DNA from: Felis catus
Lineage: Eukaryota
Direction: 5' to 3'
Length of the DNA: 64,000 nucleotides
Assembly (NCBI RefSeq): GCF_018350175.1
Contig: NC_058369.1
Location: forward strand, 6,200,001 to 6,264,000
Both the position numbers and the translations under genes were made by a program. The notes under the pieces were generated by a model that saw only the letters and a program-made list of their open reading frames with translations, was not told the origin of the DNA and did not search any database. This document shows, piece by piece, positions 36,590-51,500 of this stretch (position 1 is the stretch's first letter; each line of letters starts with the position of its first letter).

Positions 36590-37282
36590 TGTGAAAAACA
36601 AAATTCAACCAAAGAAATTTGAAGATCTAATTGGTTTTATTAAATGACTCATGAATGGGGCAGCATCCCTTGTAACGCGTAGGGGGCATTATGAGGAATT
36701 GTGCAAAATAGAAGGTATTTCTAGGGGGGAGGGCAGGGCAACAAAGTTATAAGCAAGAGAAAAAGGGTTGTCCCAGACAAAGTCACTTTCCCTTAGGGGA
36801 AGGCAGTGGATCTTATTGGGTAGATTACCTCATTACCTTCCGTTGGGGGATGGGGAAGGCCTCTGTGACAGATGACCTTATTGGTACATATCAGAAAATT
36901 ACTGAGAGGGGGCGCCTGGGTGGCTCAGTCGGTTAAGCTGAGTCATGAGTCGGTCAGCTCAAGTCATGATCTCATGGTTGCTGAGTTCGAGCCCCACGTC
37001 AAGCTCTGTGCTGACAGCTCAGAGCCTGGAACCTGCTTCGGATTCTGTCTCTCTCTCCCTCTCTCTGCCCCTCCCCTGTTCACACGCTCTCTCTCAAAAA
37101 TAGACATTTAAAAAATTTATAAAAAAAGAAAATTACTGATCGATAGATTAAAATTTACATTTCTGGAGGAGGTTGAAACTGCAATTAGGTCAGGTATTAA
37201 GCCCCGGTTTGGTGCTTTAGCCTGGCCCCAGTAACACTGTTACTGTTACTGTTACTGGAGCCTGTGGCTTTCTTTTTTAACA
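36590..37282. mobile_element. Probable solo LTR (TG...CA) carrying a nested Can-SINE (about 36909-37127), inserted in MLT1-like sequence
   Basis: Begins tgtgaaaaac and ends ttttaaca, flanked by aagt/acgt; SINE TSD agaaaattactga; MLT1-like tttctgtcacttgcaac follows. Confidence 0.55.
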
Positions 37283-38189
37283 ACGTCAGTAAAATCCCTT
37301 TCTTCTTCAACTGGAGCAAGCTGGGTTTCTGTCACTTGCAACAAAAATGACCTAAGATGTTAAAAAACTATGGGCACCTGTGCAGCTGCAACCTGGTCTA
37401 AGAATGGTACGTGCACATTTTGTGTCAACCTTGTACCCATTCTAGGAAGGAAGAATTAAGTGCCATCCACTTTACAAATGAAGTGAGGATCAGAGCACAC
37501 CATCACTTGCCCGAGGACAGACAGGCAGGTAAGTGGCCGGTCTGAATTCTGCTGCTCGGTGATGAAATGTTTTTCTTTAAAAATTAATCTGTTCTCAAAA
37601 AAAAAAAAATTAATCTGTTCTCCCAGGTGCAATCCTATGTTATTCATCTTATTTTATCAGCCTTTTGGGTTTCTGTAGTTAATATGAAATGCCTTTTTTG
37701 GTGGTGGGAAGGGGTGAGTGGAATACAGGAAGGGTAGCCATAAATCCGTAAAATACATCCCAAATCATGATGCAGTATCTTTCTGCACTGAAAATATTTC
37801 TAGTGGAGTTCTCATTCTTTCCCAGCAACCCATCCCAGGGCTAGTCAATTCCATTGTTAGAAAATGCTTCAATTTGTGCAGAAATCTGCCTCCTTGTAAC
37901 TCCTACCCATTATGTTTCATCTGGTGTCTGGGTTGTTGCTTCAAACCACTTCTAGAACCAGGCGGGAGCACAAATAAAACTGCAACCAGAGCTACATGGA
38001 AAGGAATACCAAAGTAAGCTTTCTCAGCTTCCTGGCAGGCAAGGCAAAAAGGAATAGCCTTTTTGTTAAGAGTAGTCAAAAAAAACAAAAAACAAAAAAA
38101 CAAAAAAACCCAGTAGTCTTGTCAACAAACAGACCAGCTTTATCAGGAGAGCCTGATTTTGTCCTGGGGATCTTTGTAGGCTGGGTTTA

Positions 38190-38420
38190 TTGCAGTGGTT
38201 GTCAACCAAGACAACTCTTCCTCCCAGGGGATATTTGGCAATGCCCGGAGATATTTTCGGTTGTCACAACTGGCTGGGGTAGAGGGAGAATGCTGCTGGC
38301 CCTTAGCGGGTAGAGGTCAGGGATGATGCTAAACATCCTACGATGCACAAGAGGGCCTCTAACAATAAAAAATGATCCCATCCAAAATGTCAATAGTACT
38401 GGGTTTGAGAAATCCCGGTT
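38190..38420 (+). mobile_element. MER20 DNA transposon
   Basis: cagtggtt..tcaacc...atttggcaatg...ttgtcacaactgg...ccaaaatgtcaatagt...tgagaaa. Confidence 0.8.
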
Positions 38421-39718
38421 CATCAGGAGGTAATTCACAAATGTGTCATGTACATCTTTAGTGAAAGCAAGAAGAGGTGTTTTGCAGCTCGCATACCCTT
38501 GCATGGCTAATATGAGTGCAGCCAAAAGGGCCATCTTATTCTGTAGGACCCAAAGCTGGACTCCTGCCCTTCCTGTATAAATGACAACCTGGCCTTACAG
38601 GATTGCTGCCCATGGGGAGAGGGCTCCTGGTTGGGCTTGAGGTTGGCTCTCAGTGGCTCGTTGGATGGGAGGCCTTGGTCTTTGAAGGTCTGACTATGGA
38701 GTCAGGGAGCCATGTTCATTCCCCAAAACCAGATTGGCAGCAGCCCACTGAAGCAGGCCCTGGGCATGGCCACCAACGCCCATTTTTTTTTCCAGACAGA
38801 GCAATCTCACCACACCCGAGACCTTCAAGATGGGGGCGCTGTCCAAGGTACCATTTGTTGACCTGCTTGTCAAGCCCTGTCAAGGACTGGCTTCAGGGCT
38901 CCACCCCAGCCTCCTCCTTTCCACCCTCTTCATTTTGTCCCTGGCTGGACATCTACCCCCTTGAACTTGATCATATCCTGATGGTTTTCGTTCGTTTGTC
39001 CCCGGACCCAGCTCTGACCTGGGGGCCAATTGCTCAGCCAGCCAGGACATTGTGGGTGAACCACAATGGAGAAAATCGCTGGGCCACTCTCAGCTTCTCC
39101 ACCCCTTCATTGTCCCTCCTCTGGGCCCCACCCAGCCTCTCAACGATTGAAAGCTCCTTCCCATACCCTCATCTTCCTCTTTCCTCGTCACCTTCATGCT
39201 CAGAAGGGAAGTGCTCTCCCTCCTTGACCCTCAGCCACACGCATGGACACGTGTGCACATTTCTCATTTATAACATTCTAACGAGAGGACTGCCCAGCAT
39301 CTCCGCGTTACAGATGAGCAAACAGATGAGGCTCACAGGGATGAAGTGACCCACCCAAGACTACTATCCAGGACAGAAGAGTTAAGATTTGGAGCCTGTC
39401 TATTCAGCCCTGGGAGCCTAGGTTCTCAACACTTCACCTCAGTGCCCGGTTCAACATTGACTCCACTCTCTCCACATCATTCAGATTTGGTGGTGCACCT
39501 GACACCTTACACGGAGTCCAACTGTCAAGCCCTTGTACAAGCTAGGGTGGCCTCCCTGCCCAGAATGGGGTGACCTTAAGGGCCCATGGAAGTGTGTGTT
39601 AAGGTTTTTGGGGTTTTTTTTTGATGGAGTTACTCTCTCCTGTACAGTCTTCATCCCACCAAGCATCATCTTTCATGGCTGACTGATGAGGAGGGGTGAG
39701 ATGTTGCCAAGGCAGTGT

Positions 39719-44125
<4,407 letters not shown>

Positions 44126-44196
44126 TTACTCCTTCCTGTGCGCCAGGCACTGGGCATTGGGGGTGGGGCTGAGGACTTCCTAAAAAAACAGGCTCA

Positions 44197-44408
44197 GGGG
44201 CGCCTGGGTGGCTCAGTCTGTTGGGCATCCGACTTCGGCTCAGGTCATGATCTTGCCGTTGGTGGGTTCGAGCCACGTGTCCGGCTCTGTGCTGACAGTT
44301 TGGAGCCTGCTTCGGATTCTGTGTCTCCCTCTCTTTCTGCCCCTCCCCTGCTCATACTCTATCTCTGTCTCTGTCTCTCTCTCTCTCTCTCTGAATAAAA
44401 ATTAAACA
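44197..44408 (+). mobile_element. Can-SINE
   Basis: Consensus head, (CT)n, A tail; aaaacaggct/aaaacaggcc flanks. Confidence 0.92.
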
Positions 44409-44464
44409 AAACAGGCCTAGCCCCTGTGCCTGCCCCCAGGGAAAGCAGAGAGCATAGAGATAAA

Positions 44465-44850
44465 AGCATTCATTGGGCACTTACCGTGTGCCAGGCCCTG
44501 TTCTAGGTCCTTGGCAGGGGGAACATCAGGTCACAAAACAGACCAAGAGCCAGTGCTCTTGTGGAGGTGACAATGGGGGTGACAGACAATGCTGAAAAAA
44601 TATAACACTACAAATTGCGGCGGTGTTAGAAGGAGCTGAGTGCTGTGCCTAAAAACATCACACAGCACAGGAGGGTGGTGGTGAGGGGACGAGGGCTGCA
44701 GTTTTAAATGGGATGGTGTCACTGAGATGACAGTTGAGAAAAGACCTGGAAAATGTGGGAGAGGAGCATATGGGGGCGGGGGCGGGGGAGGGGGGATAAC
44801 ATTCCAGGCGGAAGGAACAGCAGGTGCCAAGGCCAGTGCAGGGTGGGCCA
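44465..44850. mobile_element. L2 remnant
   Basis: cattcattgggcacttaccgtgtgccaggccctgttctagg and attccaggcggaaggaacagcaggtgccaaggc motifs. Confidence 0.6.
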
Positions 44851-45324
44851 CAAGAAGGACTAGAATCAAGCGCTGCAGTCTAGTCTCTTTGATATGGGAG
44901 CCCCTTCTCCTCACCCTCAGGTAGTGGTCAAGGCCAGGGCCCTCCCCTCCGTATGTGGGATCTTCCATCTCTGCTCAGTCCTGGCCACAGTCTCTGCCAC
45001 CCCCCCCCCCCCGTGGGTCTTCCTGCCCTCTGCAATTGTCCTGGGTGCTGACTGTTCTCCCGGATCTCTTCCTATCCTGAAACTCTCAGAGGCATAGACA
45101 TGTCTCTCCACTTCTCTGACCTCCAGCTCCAGGCTCCTGGCCCTCCATTTAGCTGACCGGGACATTCTTGCCTTTGCTCTGAGCAGGGGAGTCTCCCCGA
45201 CCCTGCCCCCAGCCCCTCTGAGAGCAGTCCTGGTGGGGGCGGGGGGTACCGCAGGCTCACCCCCCACCCAGACCGAGTCAGCTCAAAACTGGTCATGTCG
45301 ACCTCTTTAGGAAACAGGGCCCTT

Positions 45325-45517
45325 GGGGCGCCTGGCCGGCTCAGTCGGTTAAGCAACCGACTTCGGCTCAGGTCATGATCTCACGGGCTCGGGGCTGACA
45401 GCTCAGAGCCCGGAGCCCGCTTCGGATTCTGTGTCTCCCTCTCTCTCTGCCCCTCCTCTGCTCACGCTCTGTCTCTCCCTCTCTCAAAAATAAACATTAA
45501 AAACAACAATAAAAAAT
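45325..45517 (+). mobile_element. Can-SINE with an internal deletion
   Basis: Head ggggcgcctggccggctcagtcgg; lacks the central gttcgagcccc segment. Confidence 0.9.
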
Positions 45518-46499
45518 ATTTAGAAAACAGGGGCCAAGCATTTTAACCAAACCACAGGTGTTCAGAGTCTCCGTTTGCTTCTTTGATCATTTTGGCTCCT
45601 GAAATAGTTGAGAGCTGAGAAGTCTCCAATAGTCTACGGAGAATCTAACAATTGAAATCAAGGTCACCTCGGAATAAGCAATCGGGTTCCTGTGAGCTTC
45701 AGTTTCCACATCAGGGATGAGCATGTGGGACGTACCTCAAGGGGTGGCATGGGGACGAATGAGTCCTAGGAAATGCCCTTGGCCACCGGCCTGACCCTCT
45801 GGACTCCCTGTGTCCCCGGTCTCCCAGAAGATGCTCACATGTTCCTTCCGAGGCTGTGTCCCCGCGTGGTCCAGTTCTGCCCATTGTGACCAAAGAGCTT
45901 CCCTCACTCAGCGTTGTCACAATGGTCCCCAGCCACTCTGAGGGCAGCTGGGAAGAAGAACGGGAGTGAGGCCAGAGGATCCTGCCTCCGGAGAACTCAA
46001 GAGAGCTAGGCAAGTGACTTGACTTCTCGAAGCCTCAGTTTTGCCATCTGGAAAATGGGGCTTCAGAAAGCAGCAGTGAGGATTGGAGGCAGTATGTTCA
46101 TTATTATCATTTTCCAGAATTTTCCTGCTTGTCTGCTTCTCAGCACTCCCCACGCAGGACGAGCCAACGTCTTCGGTCGTTGAGTCACTACACTGCTTAA
46201 TGTCACTCCAGGGCTCGCAGACCTCCGAGGTGCCCTTAGGGACACCAGTGCCCCCCCAGCCCAAAGACCGTCAGGAACACACCCGAGGCTGACCAAATCC
46301 AAGCTTGTTACTTGTGACCGCGAGCGAGAGCACACCCTCCGGGGAGCTGTGGGTATGAGCTGAGACGGGCTTGTCTTCACCTGGGCTTGTGTCCCTGCTT
46401 CTGGGAGGTTCGAGGCAATGGGGGTTCGCGTTGCAGGTTTTTACTGCTGGGAGGTTTGGCTTTCTTTGTTGAGATGACCTGACACATGAAAATAACATA

Positions 46500-47545
46500 C
46501 AAAACAATAGGAAAGAGGGAAATGGGGAGTCAGGGTCTCATGGGGACAGAGGTTCGGTTTGGGCAGCTGAAAAGTTCTGAAAGAGGACAGTGAGGACGGT
46601 CTCATGACAGTGTGAATGTGCTTAATGCCACTGCACAGAACATCTAAAAATGGTTAAGATGCTCGATTTTATGTCATGTGTATTTTACCACAATGAATAA
46701 CATTTAAAAATTAAAACAGGGGCGCCTGGGTGGCGCAGTCGGTTAAGCGTCCGACTTCAGCCAGGTCACGATCTCGCGGTCCGTGAGTTCGAGCCCCCGC
46801 GTCGGGCTCTGGGCTGATGGCTCAGAGCCTGGAGCCTGTTTCCGATTCTGTGTCTCCCTCTCTCTCTGCCCCTCCCCCGTTTATGCTCTGTCTCTCTCTG
46901 TCCCAAAAATAAATAAACGTTGAAAAAAAAATTAAAAAAAATTAAAACAAATTTTTTTAATGTTTATTTTGAGAGAGAGAGAGAGAGAGAGGCAGAGTGC
47001 GAGTGGGGGAGGGGCAGAGAGAGGGAGACACAGAATCCGAAGCAGGCTCCAGGCTCCGAGCTGTCAGCACAGAGCCCGACGCGGGGCTTGAACCCACCAA
47101 CTGTGAGATCATGACCTGAGCTGAAGTCGGGCGCTCAACTGACTGAGCCACCCAGATGCCCCTCAATATAAAACATTTTTTAAATGGAAAAATAATTTCT
47201 TAAAAAAATAAACAAAGCAGATGAAGGGGCGCCTGGGTGTTTCAGTCCGTTGAGCATCTGACTTTGGATTTCAGCTCAGGGCATGATCTCACAGCTGGTG
47301 AGTTCGAGCCCTGCATTGGCTCTGCCCTGACAGGGCAGAGCCTGCTTGAAATTCTGTCTCCCTCTCTCTCTGCCCCTCTCCCTCCGCCTGCTCTCTATCT
47401 CTCTCAAAAAATAAATTAAAAATAAAATAAAATAAATGAATAAATATATTTATATAAATATGTAAATTTATATAAACATATAAATGTATATACATATAAA
47501 TAAATATATGTAAACATAAATATGTTTATATAAATAAATAAAGTT
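46500..47545. mobile_element. L1 3'-end remnant followed by three Can-SINEs (46719-46936 +, 46952-47162 -, 47226-47440 +) and an AT-rich microsatellite tail
   Basis: L1M-type gtgaatgtgcttaatgccactg...tattttaccacaat; the first SINE has TSD aaaaattaaaaca; (TA)-rich run at 47410-47545. Confidence 0.9.
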
Positions 47546-47943
47546 CATGACCCCGAATCAGCTACTAAATAGGCTCTTTCCTTCCTCCTTCCTTCTTTCT
47601 CTTTCTCTCTCCCCCCACCTCTCTTCTTGAGATATAGTTGACATATAACATTGCCTATGTTTGAGACACAACATATTGATTTGATACATTTATATTGCAA
47701 TATGATTGTCAATGTAACATTAGGTAATACCTCCCCAGGACTTATTCCCTGAGTGGGTTTCTTCTCACTAAATTGAAGCAAATTGTTGCATTGTCCTCTG
47801 GGGTGAGGCCCCATCACCGGCTCCCCCGCCCGGAGGGTAGGGCGTTGGGCACCCGCCAGGCTGATGCAAATACAGTTTCCGCCTAGTCCTTCTGTCTGCT
47901 GGGAAAAGGAGGAGGTGGATCCTGGATGCTGTCAGAAAGCGGC

Positions 47944-47971
47944 GGGGGGGGGGGGGGGGGGGGGGGGGGGG
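47944..47971 (+). repeat. Poly-G homopolymer (28 nt)
   Basis: Counted directly. Confidence 0.95.
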
Positions 47972-48980
47972 AGGAGATAATTCTGTTGTTGAGGATCTTA
48001 GTTTTTCCGCAGAAAGTCTAGGGAAAGAACCGCAGCGCTCAGACTCTCCAGGAAGAGCGAACGCCTGGTTGTTGCTGTGGTTTGGACAATGCTCATGTTT
48101 TGCCTGCCTTCAGCTTGTTTTGTCTCGTCCCACCACGGTCACGGAGTGGCCTTGTCCAACGCCCGCGTTCTGTGAAATTATTTATGTCTCGCAGGAGCGC
48201 ACCAGGGCCTAGCTGGGGCTGCCCCGCCAGCTCCTAGCGACCACAAGGCCAGCTGTGAATGCCAGTCTAGCTCCCTTCCCTCTCTCAAAGGTCAAGCTCG
48301 GCCCTAACTGATGGTGGAGGACGCTGGGAGGGTTGGCCAGGGCCCGAAAGACTCTCTGCTGTGTGCTTGGGGCCTGGCATGGGGCCGGCCACCCAGCAGG
48401 CACTGGGAGAAACGCACTGTGCTGTCACGAAGCAGTCAGGGACAGCCTGCGCTCAAGAGAAGGGACGTAACCACTCATTCAGCAGCAGGCTCTATAGCCC
48501 AAGATCCTCGTCCCTCTGCAGGCTTTGGGCTTGGCTTGGCTTTTGTCTGCAGCAGGAACAGTGTCCCGAGTTTTAAGCAAGGAGGGCTGTGGTCAGATGT
48601 GGGGGTTAAAGAGTGTCCTGAGATGTTGTCGGGGAAGGCAGATCGGGGGAGGCGGGGCTTGGGGTCCAGAGAGAAGGAGGGCTGCCTATGGAGGGAGCCG
48701 TGGGCCGGGAGGAAGCGATACTTTGGTGACTGTTGGGACGTGGGAGGGATGTGTGGGGGGAGAAAGAGGAGACAGTGATGACCGGTCTGTGACTGGGTGG
48801 CTCAGTGGCTGGCGGGGGAGCCCTGAGATGGGGACACGGAGAGCAAGACGTTAGGGGATGATGCTACAGTCGGTCTGAGACTTGCTGAGCTTGGGGATAG
48901 GGGTTGTGGGATGAGTAGGGACATTGTCCACGGGGCAGGTGGGAACAGGATCAGGTCAGGATTAAAGAGGCATGAGGAGG

Positions 48981-49189
48981 GGGGCGCCTGGGTGGCTCAG
49001 TCGGTTAAGCATCTGACTTCGGCTCAGGTCACCATCTCACGGTTTGTGAGTTCGAGCCCCACATCGGGCTCTGTGCTGATGGCTCAGAGCCTGGAGCCTT
49101 CTTCGAATTCTCTGTCTCCTTCTCTCTCTGCCCCTCCTCCACTTGTGCTCTCTCAAAAAATTAATTTAAAAAATTATTAAAAAAAAAAA
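48981..49189 (+). mobile_element. Can-SINE within L2-like sequence
   Basis: Consensus head and A tail. Confidence 0.92.
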
Positions 49190-49689
49190 TAACGAGTCAC
49201 GAGGGAGAGGTGGCCAGGGAACTCGTGGGAGTGGACAAGGTTTCCCGGGATAGTGTGGATGGAACACACACAGAGCTTTGGGCAGGGAGCTGAGCCCTGC
49301 AAGCTATGGCACTTATTCAGAACCTATTTTGTGCCAGGCTGTGGGGACGTAGCTGTGACCAAGAGAGATCAAATTTCTCACGTTCTTTTGAGGCACAAAT
49401 AACTAGACAGCCAGACAAAGACACAGTATAGTTATGTTAGATAGTACTACAAGCTAAGGAGAAAAGTAAGGCATCAGGACATGTGGGTGGGAAGTGCCCA
49501 GGACGGTGTGAGGGGAGGTCCCATGAGAAGACAGATGATGTTCTAGTAAACATGAGGAAGAGGTGAGGGAGGGATCCATGTGGGAATGTGGAGGGAGAAC
49601 ATTCCAGGCAGAGGGCACACCAATGCAAAGGCCCTGGGGCAGGAGTGCACTGTAACTTCAAGGACCAGGAGGAAAGCAAAACCACCAAA

Positions 49690-50550
49690 ATGTGGAAATA
49701 ACCCAAATGTCTGTCGATGGCTGAACAGACACACAAAATGTGGTCAGTCCATACAGTGGAATAGTACTCAGCCACGGAAGGAATGAGGTACCGATATAAG
49801 CTACGATTTGGATGAACCTCGAAAACATTATGCTAAGTGAACGAAGCCAGATATGCGACCAGGTATGGTCACAAATCGCATTATTCCCTTTATATGAAAT
49901 ATCCAGAATAGGTACACGCACAGAGACAAAGCAGAGGGTGGTTGTTAGGGGCCGGGGTAGGGAGGAACAGACGAACCGCTTGCCCGAATTACAGGGTCTC
50001 CTCTGGGGGTGATGAAATTATTTTAAAGCTAGAAAGGGGTGATGTTTGTACAACATGGGAGTGTCCTAAATGCCACTTAAAATGGTGAATCTTTAAAAAA
50101 ATTTTTTTTCATGTTTATTTACTTTGAGAGAAAGAGAGAGGGAGAGAGAGAGAGAGAAAGAGCTTGAGAGGGGTAGGGACAAAGAGAGGAGAGAGTCCCA
50201 AGCAGGCTCCACACTGTCATCACAGAGCCCAACAAGGGGCTCGGTCTCAGGAACTGTGAGATCATGACCTGAGCCGAAATCAAGAGTCAGAGGCTTAACC
50301 GGCTGAGCCACTAGGCACCCCTTAAAATGGTGAATCTGAGATGAATTTTACCTCAATTAAAGCCTGGGTGGCTCAGTCGGTTAAGCCTCCCACTCTTGAC
50401 TTCGGCTCAGGTCGTGATCTCACCATCAATCGAATCCTGTGTCAGGCTCTGAGCTGGGCATGAAGCCTGCTTGGGACTGTCTCTCTCCCTCTCTCTCTCT
50501 GCCTCTGCCCCTCTTCCCCACTCACTCTCTCGTTCGAAAAACTAAAAAAG
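49690..50550. mobile_element. L1 3'-UTR remnant with two Can-SINEs (50102-50321 -, about 50362-50550 +)
   Basis: tggatgaacctcgaaaacattatgctaagtgaa motif; TSD ttaaaatggtgaatct at 50077-50092 and 50322-50337. Confidence 0.88.
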
Positions 50551-51049
50551 GAAATGAATCATGTTAACTTTTTGAAAAATGTCACCTTTTTGATGAGATT
50601 ATACATGCATGTCGCACAAAATTCAAAAGCTACACAATTACAGATGATTGTTAACTAAACTCACTGTAATCATTTCACTGTATCCGTGGCTCAGGCCTTT
50701 AGGCCCTACACCTGCAACTCCTACAGTGCCGTCGACCAAACTGGGGGGCGGAAGGAAAGCTACAAACTGGTACAATGTGAATAATTTAATACCTTCTTCC
50801 CGGTCACGCAGTTAATTACGCCCCTTGGAGCAACTCCAGTCACCAGACTATCGCCTTGTCTAGAACGGTTGCAGTTTCCTTGACTTTCTAGCAATGCCTT
50901 CTCTGATATTACACCAGCTGCAACACGGTCGCTATAGACCAGCAGACAACAGGCGAAAGGGTGAAGCACAGAACTTATAAAGAAAAACCCCTTCTTGAAC
51001 CAGGGCAACTTGGACATTATTTTTGTGGGCAGCTGGTTAGCTCGGAAAA

Positions 51050-51500
51050 GACCAGCCGTCGCGGGGCAGAAGGCAGCGGGTTCCGAGCCATCCGGGGGCA
51101 CACGCGGCCGTCACTCAGCTGCCAACTCCGACGCTTCCCGATGCAGACAAAGGGCCGGACCGGGGACAAAGGGTCGCGGCCGCGCCTGCGCACAGCGTCC
51201 CCCCGGGGGCGTGGCCTCGCGCCTCGCCCCCGCCCCCTGGCGCTGCGCGCTCACGTCACGGTGGCGTCACGGCGGAGTTGCCATGGCGGCGCTGAGCAGC
51301 CTGGCGTCGGCGCTGGAGTCTTACAGGGGCCGCGACCGCCTGGTGAGGCTGGGGCGGAGCGCGCTCGGAGGTCTCGGGCCAGGGCCAGGGCTCAGAGACG
51401 GGAAACTGAGGCCAGAGAGGGGCGGGGTCGCTCAGGATCCTCCGTCGCAGAGGCCCTCCCCGGGCTGGGCTCCGACCCTGTCCCCTAGCGGCGATCGTTA
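51050..51500 (+). promoter_or_regulatory. PEX11G: PEX11G CpG-island promoter
   Basis: NRF1-like GCGCCTGCGC at about 51182-51191, GC box near 51227, ATF/CRE-like ACGTCA and GCGTCA at 51253-51269, Kozak gccATGg. Confidence 0.75.

Noticed and set aside
38603-39349. 248-aa intergenic ORF
   Set aside because: Non-ATG start, no domain, ends in MIR-derived sequence.
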